A DNA stretch of 50,634 nt, counting the filler, from Catajapyx aquilonaris (Eukaryota): the NCBI GenBank assembly GCA_000934665.2. It is 3 parts of 3 records of this genome, joined end to end, with 100 filler letters (N's around TTAATTAATTAA, not from the genome) between each part and the next. Parts side by side here need not be neighbours in the genome. Positions count along the whole stretch, not along the records: positions 16,893 to 33,745 come from KZ539642.1; positions 33,846 to 50,634 come from KZ539643.1; 1 more part is not named here. The stretch is one strand, 5' to 3'. The stretch's first letter is position 1, and every line of letters starts with the position of its first letter. A program made the translations under genes and the position numbers. Positions 26,401-38,929 of this stretch are shown piece by piece. The notes below the pieces were generated by a model. The model was not told the origin of the DNA, made no database searches, and saw nothing but the letters and a program-made list of their open reading frames with translations.

Positions 26401-29400
26401 TGTCAGCAGAGCATTTTTTTCGAAATGAACGTGGCTGAAGATATTTGGTTGAAAATCAATAACAGTCGCTGCACTAAATACTTTTCTGAAAACATCGAAG
26501 AAAAGCTTAGCAATATATCATATTATGTGCAGGGAACATCACCCACCACCGCAGAAAGACAACTGATAATATTGTATGCAGTACCTAATAACAACGGACT
26601 GACGGCTTATAAAATACTGTCAACATTCTAACCTTCCACATTGTGCCACTTCATTTCTGTCAACGCTGACCATTTATTTCCGATAACGGTATTAATCCAG
26701 GGCTTTTAAGCCATTGACAGCCAATACAGGCACTGCTGCACTAGACATCGAAAGTGGCCTCGGCATGCTGCCATATACGAAGGGATAGGAAAGCCCGCGG
26801 GCATTTCTTGGTAGCTGGCCAAGCCGACCCCATATTCCAGTAATACCTCGACACTGCGACATTCCAGTCAGATGGAATACTTCCACCGCTCAAATTCTGT
26901 TACACAACACCCCGGATTTTCTCCGTAATGAGCCCGCACGGAGTGCAAATCTATACTCCATGACTCCATAGACTCTAGAGATTCTACGGCCGGCTTACTT
27001 TCAAATTGAAGGCGGCAGCCCTAATTTCTCCTGTAATGCAACCAAAATTCTCGCATTGTGTGTTGGAGATTAACACTGTCAAGACCTCGCAAGAATGGAA
27101 AGATACTGCTTCTCAAAGGCCATTCGCAGGGGATGTTGGCCCGCACCCTCCCCCGTATCTCTAGGGGCAGGCCAGTGGAACTTCCACTTCTCATTTTTCA
27201 CTGTCAGGAAAAAAGCAAGCGTGATTCTTCATTCCCCTGCCTCAACACACAAGGGAATCAAAATACCTAAAAGGAGGGCTTTCCTGGGCCTTTACCAAAT
27301 GTCAAAGAAGTATCCATAGCCTTCTTCCTCGCAGACAGTAAGACAATTCTCATCGAGTGATATGAACACCACCTCCGATGTATGCAGAAACGTGGCACAA
27401 TTCCAGCCTCTTACAACGCTTTTAAAAAATAATTCATAGAGTAGGAGCAGCTATATATTTTACGTACTGTGCTACATGAGCCCCGCTGAGCTGTGGCCTA
27501 CACTACTAATTTACGAGGATATCAATCCACTGCGGTACCCCATGCCGCACCCTGAAGCAACGCACTTATTCTGGAACCCCTGCATGTTTCACCGCATCCA
27601 CCCTCGGAGAATCTCGAAAGCAGTGGTTTACACAAGGGCACGGAGAAGTTGGGCCCGAAAACAAATGTATCCAATTAGTTTTCGCGTCAGAAACATCCAG
27701 GCCGCACAATACGGGCAGAGTCCATTTTGCAGATTGCAGCATAAAGGCAACCCTCTTTGTTCCTTACGGGGTGCTCAAGAACTGTCATAACTATTATAGC
27801 CTTCGCATATCTGTGGCACGTAAAGGCCATCTATAAAAATAGGGCCAAAGTCAGCAAACATGGACCCCAGCTTCCATTACAATAAAAAAGGGGGGTACCG
27901 CAACCGTGCATGGGGGAGCTTATTCGAGTGGGATGTTATTCCCAGGAAGCAATTCCCAGCCGCCGGAATGGGCCCCGGAAGGCCCACCTTTTCTCCGAAT
28001 CCTGCGGCCAACTTCTGCGAATCGGCAAGGCGGCAATCAGGAAAAGACGAGTCAGTGACCGCAGACTCCGCAACATGGTGACATTGACCACATGACCCTC
28101 TTTGCCCTTCATTTCGGTCCCCGAAGGTATATATTACACTCCTTGATCTTGCAGTGATGATGACCCCGGCCGGGGGAATTATTCCGAGCCAATTCCCATT
28201 ATGAACCATTTAATACCGGGCCTAGCCGGATTGTATTACTGAAGCAGCGCTCGTATTCTAGATAATGAGGACAACGTTAATTGCTACGTCTGCTGTGTTT
28301 AACCCGGTGGAAATTGCCCGGAGATGAAGGCACCCAGTGGAAATTTCCGATGTGTGACTTAGCATAGTTTGGACTCAAAAGTACACCGGAACGTCCTCAA
28401 CAGGGGGATTAGGTTGAAGTAACAATGGCAAGTATAGAGTTGTGGGGACCAAAGACAATTTCGCTGGGACAATGGTGTAAAAAGTTACAGTTTTCGCGGA
28501 AGGACTTACAGTCTATGACCTGGGGACAGCAAGTGGAGAAAAGAGAGAAGGCGCGGAAATCAATCCACTTTCGATTTTGTTTCCGAATTTGCAACGCCGA
28601 CTGGTTGCCATGTTTATTTTCTCTCCCATTTTTACTCCCATGTCCCGCCGCTGATACTGTGAGCCAATTACTATAAATATCGGCAGCACTTCATGGGATT
28701 GAAACCCCATTCCATTACAGGCCGGTTGTAAGATATAAAAGAAAATGGAAAAACATCGCCATCACGATATGTCCCATCAGCATTAAAATTACTCCTACTA
28801 GTCCTGTCTACTTTTAAGCATGAATGTGAGGGAAAGGGCTTTGTGTGGGTTTGAAGTCTGAAGATTACATTATCCCTTATTGGAGCACTCTTTATCAAAA
28901 GAAATTCTCTATATTACAGTAATTGATTTGTGAAATATCAGCAAGAGAGCATCGAAATCTGATGCAATGCTGACTTCAATTTCGACCTAAATATGATTCT
29001 GGTCATTCTTCATTTCAGGCTCTCATGTACTGTATAAGTATCGCCGAGTTCCGGTTCTGCTTTCTGAAGTGGAATTCATTACAATTGGGATTTTTTAAAG
29101 TCAGTTCCAAACTTTCGAAAATGCCATCCGAGTGCCCACTATACCTTGAAGTGCACCCCACCACATGAGAAATAGCTGTTCAGAAGAAACGAGCCTATAG
29201 CCATGATTTGAGGGCAGATCACGCGCTAACTTTCAAACTCAAGGATATGTGATAATAAAAAATAATTATTTAAAAACAATTAGTTCGTTTTATGCTTTCG
29301 TTTGCGCATGTGAAAACATAGACTCTTCGTATAAAACCTACTAAATTAACACTGGAAGTAGTTTGGCAAACGGTCGATAATTGATATTCTTAACAGAATG

Positions 29401-31995
29401 CCCCACAAATAAAATAAGATCAATTCTAAAGGGAATACTCCAATGCATATAAAAGTGAACGAACATTTGGTAACAAATGCAAAAGGTAAACCGATGGAAT
29501 GCATGATTGACGCCCCTCATCCCAAATGTAACTATTATGCCCTCGTTCTCTGGTACAAACATACTAAATCTCAAAATGCACTAAAACTACATCACCCAAG
29601 TTAAACACTAGTCCTACTTGCTAAAAAGAGTGTGTGCTATTTCAACTCTGTAAACGAGCAAAAAATCAGTCAAACTGAACGGAAAATCACTCCTAATATT
29701 TTGGAAAGTATACTGTACGTATATGTAGGATGTAATGGGAAGCGACTGCAACTTGTAATACACTGAATACAGTACGTGATGTGCCCCGTGTACAGTACGG
29801 CCTATTGAATGTCCCAAAAATTCGTTGAAAGCGCATACACTGCTGAGTTCCTGAGTCAAGTTGTAAGCCTATATGGTTGAAAGGCGAGACAGAGTCGTGT
29901 GTGTGTTCATGAAGCCTGAATTCTCTTATGCAGGATTTACATATACTTGAATCAAGAGGTACGCCGGAGAATCACCTGTAAGTATCTACCCTTTCAGGGC
30001 TTACACTGACATATAGAGCAACTGATCAAATATGTACGTAGTCTAGTTCTTTACAGGAATCGTCTCGGGAAGCCATGAATCGGGATGCTCGCGTAAGTTG
30101 CCCCTCACATGATGGAAAAATCACATTTACTGCTACAGGTATATGCCTCAGCATCCCGAACTTTCAGATGAATTTTCACACTTCGTGGTTGTTGAGTTTT
30201 GATCAGTCGCTCCGCCATTATCCACCAGTTCAAATCACACCACCTTCAACCTAAATGCCCGATGCTATACGGAAAGAGTGCGCCTTGAAGGTCTACTATT
30301 TGAGGAAAACATTTCGAATGTGGTATAGATACCGGTCGCCGGCTCTTCACGGAGTAGGCGCACGAGTAGGCCATTTTTTTTTTCCAACGGATCCACAAAT
30401 AAATTATTATGTGACGCACTTAATGAAAAAGCTTGCCTGACAAAAATGTATACTCAATTTTCTGATATAAAATGACAGCACCTTACTCTACCACCTTACT
30501 ACACTCCTTCATATTGAGAAAACCTAATTAATTATAATGAGCTCTTCGCAAGGCCTAAGAATACCAGGAGAAAAAAGCAATTTACGCTATACAGTCGAGT
30601 CTTGATTAAACGAGACCTTGAGGTGTCTGAACAATATGAACAAGAGCCAGCAGGGTAGCACGTCTTCACTTTCACTGCCATACTTAGGTACTTAAGCATA
30701 CTATGCTCGACCCAACCCAAAATGTGGCGTGCGCTGATCCAGGTGCAAATTCAGCATCCCCCGAGCACGGACGCCCTGAAACCCTCCCCTATACACACCC
30801 ATCCGACTATACCCGCTAATCCGACTGAATGCACCCTATTGTTATATATCACCCGGACTCAATCAGGCGTTCGTAACAGACTCGTACATCCCCATTTCTA
30901 TTCCCCGCTCATCTGAACCATCGGCTCTGGCAGTTTGCATGTAAAGCCCCGGCGCATAAAGTGCGGGCGGGACCCCCAGAATGCAAGCCGGAGACCCACG
31001 GACGGCCGCCTAGCCAGAGGGGGTAGCACAGGAAAAGCATAAATTGCACACTGCGGCATACTTCTCATGGAGACTCCATTTCCCCGGAGGTTTTTAAATA
31101 ACGAGATAAGCTAGTGAAAAGGGTTCGGCACCCTTTCAGAAGCGGGGGTTAGGCAGACACCAAAGGGGAGGTTGCAGAGTGCGCTATAAATTTCCTTTGT
31201 CTATTCTTCCGCCAAAGCCGACACCTCACGACGACAGGTCGCCGCCGGTGCAAGCTCTCAGATCCTGAGGCTGCTGGCAAGATGCACGTGACGCAGCTTT
31301 TTGAGCAATAATGCTCGGTTTGAGTTTCCTTGGCGTGGGAGGCGATGGGACGTGAAGAAGCTGTAACTCGAGATCTGCTCGGACGGATTGAGTTCGCATC
31401 CTCGCAAGGTTGAAGTCAAATCTGTCAGTTGGCATTCCGGGTCTCACGTCGGAATTTATTGAGCAGGTAACGTCGCAATGCCGTTTTATTTTCAATATTT
31501 TGATCGTCTATACTGGGATATTTCACACAAATCTTCAGGCAGCATGCTGAGAGATGGCGACAAAAGCTGCCGCCTCTCATCTAATTTCGGGACCCGCAAT
31601 CAGAAACGCAGCCGTTACCCGTCAGACAAGCCCCGATGATTCGGTTATCGATGTATTTCCTATCCAAAGCGCACACGGACTAGTCGACGCTTCGACAAAA
31701 GCCATCCAAACAGCCCATTTCCCCCAGGAAATTCAATTTGATTTTGCTTATGTCGTGGGTGGTAGATTGACTAGGGGGCGTGCTGGCTGTGCGATGTTTA
31801 GGTNGGGGGGGGGGGGGGGGGGGGGGGGGGACTATACCCATCCAGGCAGGGCATGAATGAGTGGACCCACGGACGCAAGCGCAGCTCCCCCTGAAAATTT
31901 GTTCCTCCTTCTACAGCACTTCAATCCCTGCTCCTTCCCGCCTTTCCACAGTCGCATGCTGCGCGCCCCCCAAAACCACCCTTCATTACATAGCC

Positions 31996-32575
31996 ATGGA
32001 CATCGCTTACCGACTGTTAGCACAATTCTCCCAGGAGGATGGCCGTCCTGAGGAAGAACGTTTGTGCTACCCGGTTCTGGACTCTCCGGAGGTGCTCCTG
32101 TGCAAGACCCCCGGTGGCCACTCCAGTACCCTCATTTGCAAAGAGCAGGGAGAGTTCCCAGTGAAGTGTGTGTCTTGCGAGGACCCTTGCCATGTCCAGG
32201 ACGTGTACGAGTGCTTCTCGGCCCCGATACTCCGGACCTGGAATGCCCTGGCCAATATGAGCTCCGAACCGGAGGACTCGCTCTTTCTCTGCCGATCCCC
32301 TAATGTGACCTTTGACACCTGGGTTGTGGACAACGTCAATGCGTCCAACTCTACCTTTCTTCTGGTGACTCCGGAGCCGCCAGTGTCGTGGGCATTTCTC
32401 TTGGTCCTAGTGTTCATTTTGGGAGGGGGGCTCGGAAATGGCCTGGTCTGCCTCACCGTGTGCACAGAACGTCGGCTCCAGACGGTCACTAATTATTTTT
32501 TGGTGTCGCTAGCAGTTGCAGATCTCCTGGTCAGCCTCGTCGTCATGCCCTTCGGGGCAGTGTACGGGTTTCTTG
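31996..32575 (+). CDS. 5-HT2B: Aminergic GPCR, most like arthropod serotonin receptor 5-HT2B (5-HT2beta); first coding exon (N-terminus, TM1, TM2)
   Basis: GCCATGG start. TM1-TM2 reads [63 protein letters not shown], with GGLGN.LVCL and LLVSL.VMP.GA..GFLG motifs I recall from insect 5-HT2B. Donor G|gtgagt at 32575/32576. Confidence 0.8.
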
Positions 32576-33745
32576 GTGAGTAATGCAGTCGAGTGGATGT
32601 ATTTGAACTGGTCATATGCTGTTCAATCTATCGCCTGTGACCTTCATCAAATGGTCAACTCCATAACACGCTTTATTTCGTTAACTAGTTTTTGGCCACG
32701 TATACCAACCAATTTCGGTTAGTCCTTCCATTCAGTAAATGTTAGGTTACGTTAGATTTTTCTCATGGCAGTTTATCCTCTGCACCATGTTCCGCCAGTA
32801 GCAGGATGGTCGCGTCAAATAAAGCCACGATATATTACATTTGCTATGACACCTGCCATTATAAACACCCAATATTTACCGCAATAGTTCACTAATTACT
32901 TCAATAACCAGGGTATGAATAAATTAGTAATTAACACCCGCTGGGATAGCTCATGCACGGATGTTACTCTAACTCATCTAACCGACTTTATGATTACAAT
33001 AGTGTGCGCTCATTAAAAATGAGTGTAAGTGAGCTATTGCCCTGAACATTTACCCAACAGCAACATTATCCTATACACAATTACGTAGTTATTTAATGGA
33101 CAGGCACGCCTGGAGGCACGCATCAAAACATGATATATAGTAAACAAAAAAAAAAAAANNNNNNNNNNNNNNNNNNNNAAAAAAAAAAAAACAGCCATTG
33201 CCTTCGGCATTCACAAGTAAACCCTCCCGTTAGTAAAAATTTGGATACAGGACCGAACTGCACTGCGCACTTGGCACCGGTACGACGAAAGTAAGCGATG
33301 GAGCTAATACCCTACAAGGACTTAGCGATGCGCGTCAGTATATCAAAGTATATAAAACGGCTTCCACTTGGCTTGTTTGGCCATGGCCAAAAGGCCTCCA
33401 TGGAGACCGATGATCCGCAATGATGAAAGGCCCCCTTCGAATGAGGAAGCCTGCAAGATCATTTCCCGATTCCAACACCGCCCCCCCTCCTCCCCACCTA
33501 ACACCATCCCTGCGACATGCTACGGTTACAGGCACATGCACACACCAAAGTTTAGTTTGTCCATGGAATTAAACGAGGACTCGGCTGTTTCTGCCGCGCT
33601 AATCCTCGGAGATTAAATTTATAGGAGTAAAAGTTTAATTAAAGCGCTTCTGCGCACCATCACAGATTGAGTGAAAAGCCGGTGTGCACAAAGAAAAAAA
33701 AAAAAATCACCCCTGCCGCGACGATCCACAGTCAATATATTCTCC

Positions 33746-33845
33746 NNNNNNNNNNNNNNNNNNNNNNNNNNNNNNNNNNNNNNNNNNNNTTAATTAATTA
33801 ANNNNNNNNNNNNNNNNNNNNNNNNNNNNNNNNNNNNNNNNNNNN
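33746..33845. other. Artificial 100-nt contig spacer (N...TTAATTAATTAA...N)
   Basis: Same structure as 16793-16892. Confidence 0.95.
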
Positions 33846-33921
33846 ATAAAGTTTCCGAACGGCAGGATTATATTTTGTTACCCAAACAGATGGATAACAA
33901 TGGTCACGTGTTAGGGCCATT

Positions 33922-34651
33922 TGTGACCCTCAGAAGCAAAGCCGGCCATCTCCACAAAGAAAATAAGTTAGCTATTGATGGCTTCGTTAGAGTCACTTCT
34001 ACATGGGGACCAAAATCAGTGCGTCAAATCGAGTCATATCCCGTCCAAATTGGAGAGTGAAAATGGGCCCATGCAGCAAAAACGGCCATCTCCAACATCT
34101 TATTTTCCTATATGTGCCGCATAAATGGCCATCTCCTGACTAACAGGTTTTCAAGCACAAGTGGCCATGTCCAACCGATTTCAAACCGTAGCCTGTGCTT
34201 TATGAAGCAATAATAATTATGGAAATTAAATACAACAAAATTTGTTATTAATACCATCAAAGGTAGTGTGTGTGGCGTGTTTCCCATCTCCTACGGTTCT
34301 TTCATCTTTCAGGTAGGTTTATGTCTGCTTATGTACACAACTACACCATCGTTTCATGGAAAGCAGATGTTAAAGATAATGGCACAAACAGGTATTTTCA
34401 GCAAAATTGGCCATCTCCAGCATCTGTTCAGCAAAGTCGGCCATCTCCTAACAATGCAATTAAATAACAGCTTTGTGTTTGGTCACTGATTTTCACACTA
34501 AACCCACATAATTATGTGTATTTAAAAATTCCGAGCAGATTCATGCCATTCACATCTTCACATTGCTGATAGGCTCTTTATTGTGGGTTTTTGTCGATTA
34601 TCTCAGAACGCGTTTATAAGGAGATGGCCAGTTCTGCTTTTGAGGGTCACA
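33922..34651. mobile_element. Non-autonomous TIR element (MITE) with internal ggccatctcc repeats; superfamily unassigned
   Basis: Left end tgtgaccctcagaagcaaagccggccatctcc; right end reverse-complements to tgtgaccctcaaaagcagaactggccatctcc. The ggccatctcc motif recurs internally (~34084, ~34127, ~34409, ~34439). Confidence 0.8.
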
Positions 34652-35528
34652 TTTAATCGTCAATCCATAGTGTCAAATGAGTTTTCGGTTGGAAATGTTC
34701 AATTGGAACGAATTGATTTTTTCCATTACATGGCGTCATATGTGGATTGTAGGTAGGAAACGTTACGTAAGCGACATGCCAACCAGGTCAAGAAATTATT
34801 TGAGTTTGTTTTCAGATATTATACTCTAGCTGACCCAACGCGTTCATTAAAATACACTATTGTGAAAACCATGCTTCTGTACGATTGCAAAACTGGCATG
34901 ATATTAATAATGGGATAAAAACCGCAGCATCCAATGGAAACTAAAAATGTTGCGATAATTTTTTTGTAATAACAACGCACGTAGCACGTGTACCAACCTC
35001 TCACGTCACTTATAATTATACTGTACTTTTTGTACACTTCAATACATAATGATGACAGACTAGCCCTCCACACAATCTTTGTAAATGGGGGAGCTAAAAT
35101 GATATGAAATATTAATTGTGCAAATATTGGCCTCAAAGGTCTACCATAATTATAGAGCCCGAATTTTGTAGGCGACGCCTCTAGACACCATCAAAACGTA
35201 TTATTGATTGCCCAAAAGTTGTCAACACATTAAATATTTTCAATGTTTTCAGTAGTGAAAATATTGCACTCTGAACCTAACATGTACCCTTAATAATTTA
35301 TTTGAAAATAATCTTTTATTTTATTTAATCTTTGAATGTTCTGTTGCTCAGAAGTGTAGTGATGATAGCTGAGAGTTACCATGTTTCATGAGTGTCAAAA
35401 CATGTTATTACAAGTTGAAGCTCGTAGAGCTTTTCAGACACTTTTGTTGGAGACACAGATTCGCTGGAGTAATAATATTACTACCCCAGTAGTGTATCAG
35501 AGACGACCTTACATAACAAGTTAATATG

Positions 35529-35570
35529 AAAAGTATTTCATAACCCGAGCAACGCCGGGTATCCTGCTAG
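35529..35570 (+). mobile_element. Helitron 3' terminus
   Basis: Hairpin cccgagc-aac-gccggg followed by tatcctgCTAG|T. An identical 42-mer occurs in reverse orientation at 50539-50580. The 5' end was not located. Confidence 0.7.
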
Positions 35571-37512
35571 TATAATATGCTTATAATGCCCACTACTGCA
35601 TACATTTATAAAACTATCCACAAAAATGCAAAATTAGCTCACCCGTAAATTACGCAGGACCCAAAAAAAAAATCCGTACTTTTCCTCTGTCGTCTCATTT
35701 TCGTCAAATGTACCACAAAAAGGATGATTTTGAGTAGCTTGGATCAGTGACAGATACGAAAATCACACTCCTCAGTATATTCTCTGTCTTATTCTTGCGC
35801 GTGGGAAAGCAAGTTGAATAATCGAAAACATAGTATTTTCCCTTTCGAGGCTGTTATATCCGGAGTCAACTGTACTTTGACGATCCGCGAAGAAGAGGCT
35901 GGGAGGAACATACTGAACCCATTCCAATCGAACTCCAATCCAAATTCGGAACAAAGTGTGGGCCTTTCTTTCCCTTTTTGCATTCCCCTACTTTGCGTAC
36001 AGTGCCAGGAGTGTCAAATCTATCTACTCTTCTCCGCCTCTCCTCTATGGACCGTCTACTTGGGCAGAGGAGCACTCTGTAGTACATGACTGGGTCTCTT
36101 ACTTGAGGCAATCAAGACTAAGGTACGGCGGACTAAGGTGGTTTATAGGTTGATTTTTGCCATTTTTAAGGCAGTTCATATTTTGGGTCAGCTTGTGGCT
36201 CCCGTCATCGCTGACTACCCCTTATAGGGAAATGTCGTGATGGTGTTGTTGTTGTTGTTATGACCATCGGGTTTTTTGTTGCAATAGTGAGAAATATGCA
36301 CCTTAGTGCTTATACGCAATAAAACACCATTCATTTTTTACCCCATAGCATAGGTGTGATAACAATTGCTATATTATTATTATTGCATACCCACCTGCAA
36401 GGGCAGTGATGACGTATCAAAAAGGCATTGCTTATTGCAAACTAGACGTGTTGCAAGCAGTCTCGCGTCTGTATCAAGTATACGATGATAATGTTATGCA
36501 AGTATTATCATGTAAATAGGGACGAAAAGAATACAGAAAATATTGGAAAAATGTTATTTGCTTCAGTTCATAGTTATCAATAGTACTGTAGCAATTAAGT
36601 TAATGTAGTGCCCCACGATGAGTACGTCAGAGACACCACAGAATAACACACGGGGAAGGGTATAAGAACCAGTTTGGAACTCTATTCAGGACAACAACTA
36701 CACAGCGTCCGATCAGGGGATCGGCCAGAATCGAACTACACAACAACATCAATAATGCAGTGACCAGGCAACCATCAACAGCCAGTTGCCAGGCCACTAC
36801 ATTACTGTAATGATGAACATAGGTACCTATATCTTGGTTGGTTGGTTGGTTGGTTTGGAAGGGTTACCCAGCTTGTATGGCTCTGTCTGAGTCGAGCCTT
36901 GGCAGCCGGGGGTAGGAGAGAAAGGTGTGGGGTTGCAAGCTAGGGGTGGGTGAGAAGGGTGGGGGAGAGGAGGGCTGGACCCGGCTGCACTTCAATGCCG
37001 GGTCCAACCCAGGGACGAGGGTGGGATAATCTCCCAAGCACCCCGTCCTACGTGTAGTCCTACGTGTAGTTTCTCGCAGCAGATGCTGCACAAGACATTC
37101 ACAGTGGTGCGTTTGCGTCTTGCGGAGGAACGAATACCGAATAAAGCGCTTAACCATGAAAATACTAACATCTTCATGGTAAAGGGATGATTATGTAAAT
37201 ATTAATTAATTCTCTCTATGCTGGAGCGTTTTTAGAGAAAATATTTCAAAATCGCATAACTACTCTCTTCGTGATTCTGTTCTTTCGTAACCCAAAAGGA
37301 TTGTGTCAGGCGTGCACGTCAGAGACTAGCGGTGAGGACATCCTCCTCAGACCCCTTGTATTGCAAGAATTGCAAAATTTCAAGTTTTTTTCGCGTGCGT
37401 GACAGCATGCTGTTAAAAGCGTTTTTGAGAGGAAAAAATACCATAATTATAAAGCCCATAATCATAAAAATGCATTTACTAGGAAACCATTTACTTAATG
37501 AAATCTTCATAG

Positions 37513-37652
37513 CAAGGGGGTAATCACTTCGGTACTCCGGTGTACACCTGCAGTGGTACTCTTCGGTACTCCTTGGTACTCTTCGGTACTCCTTGGTACT
37601 CCCAGGTACTCCTCGGTACTCCTCGGTACTCCTTTGGTATTCCCAGGTACTC
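37513..37652. mobile_element. Truncated copy of the hAT-type MITE at 48501, with expanded ~10-bp ggtactc(c/t) minisatellite
   Basis: Begins with the TIR caagggggtaatcacttcggtactccggtgtacacctg (reverse complement of 48614-48650), followed by ~9 ggtactcc-type units. Second TIR absent. Confidence 0.75.
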
Positions 37653-37975
37653 CCGTCGGGAGGCGCGACGATAGAATTGATATGCTTACGTACGTAACAA
37701 GAGGAGACCAGATGGTTGAGAGGAGGAGGTGGGCAAAGGGGGGCATTCGCTAAACCATTGTTTCCTGCTGACAGAATCACGGATGGGATCAGGCGCAGTC
37801 GATAAGTTTTATTTCCGCACTACAATGCAAATAATCCATATAGGTTTATGAACCATAACAATCATGGTTCGCCATCCACTATTGTATTCTTTCCATGGAA
37901 TTGGTCAGTTTGGGGGAACAGAAGGCCTTCAATGGCAAAATTGGAGTGGAACCCAAAATTGGTCAGGAACGATGA

Positions 37976-38034
37976 CATGTTTAGAGTGATCTGACCTACA
38001 TAAGTCTTCTGTAGGTCAGATCACTCTAAACATG
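37976..38034. repeat. Perfect 25-bp inverted repeat, 9-nt loop
   Basis: catgtttagagtgatctgacctaca / taagtcttc / tgtaggtcagatcactctaaacatg. Confidence 0.9.
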
Positions 38035-38223
38035 CCACATTCCATTTCATGCAGGTACTGGCATGAATATTGTTCCTTGCGGCGGAAAGAAAATAATATT
38101 TCACAATCAACTTGCGCAATAATTATACTCCTTGTACTTGGGAATTGAAATAATTAATTTCATCTTGTGCAACGTTATGGAACAGCATTGCTTGGTAATA
38201 AATTTCTCGCATGTACGCTTGTA

Positions 38224-38301
38224 CAGTCGGCACGGAAAAGGTAAGGACACATTGAGGATTCTGGAACCGTCAATGTGTCCTTACCTTTTTCGTGCCGACT
38301 C
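38224..38301. mobile_element. 78-bp palindromic Tc1/mariner-type miniature element
   Basis: TA|cagtcggcacggaaaaggtaaggacacattga...tcaatgtgtccttacctttttcgtgccgactc|TA. Confidence 0.75.
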
Positions 38302-38700
38302 TACATAATGCCTCCTTCTGGTTAGTCTTTCTTATTTGCAAAAATGTAAGGACTAACTCTGCGTTCCAGTCCTTTTTCGGGTACTGCACAGTACAACCCG
38401 GAATTATAACTATGGAAAAAATGTCCGAATGGCTGCGATCCTTCCTTTTAAACTAACACAAAATGCAAGAATATATTTGTGGAGCCACTGATGTCAAATT
38501 CTAACTAGTCAAGCTTTGTTTACTTAAATTCTAGGTCTTAACGAATACTTTCATTGAATCTAATTTTCCTAGGAGCATCTCCAGGGTTACCAATAAAATA
38601 ACATTTGCATAGCTCATGATGAGGGCGCACACCAATACACAACGCTTGCAACTTATACCTCGAATATGTTCTGCCACTGCTTGTTGTAAATTCTTAAGAT

Positions 38701-38809
38701 CATAGTTATGCAACATTTCACGCCTTATAACCGACATGTAATGTGGCGTGTTTAGACTCGGTTATCGGTGTCATCTCGGTTATAAGGCATGAAATGTTGC
38801 ATAACTATG
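38701..38809. repeat. ~38-bp near-perfect inverted repeat
   Basis: catagttatgcaacatttcacgccttataaccgacatg is mirrored by catctcggttataaggcatgaaatgttgcataactatg. Confidence 0.9.
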
Positions 38810-38821
38810 CCATTAATTTCA

Positions 38822-38929
38822 GGTGTTACGCCACATCAGACATATGTATCGCTTTCGTACGTAACACCAATGCTTGGTACGTTCGGGGATATATAAAGCC
38901 CCTTTCTCGTTAGTCTTCCTCACTCCAAA
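38822..38929 (+). promoter_or_regulatory. Proximal promoter of oxygenase-like copy 1 (TATATAAA at 38890-38897)
   Basis: TATA box 40 nt upstream of the ATG. The ~108-bp block is nearly identical at 44953-45060, and similarity stops abruptly upstream. Confidence 0.6.

Noticed and set aside
37319..37780. 153-aa ORF with STEEYRGVP repeats
   Set aside because: Translation of the MITE-derived ggtactcc minisatellite.
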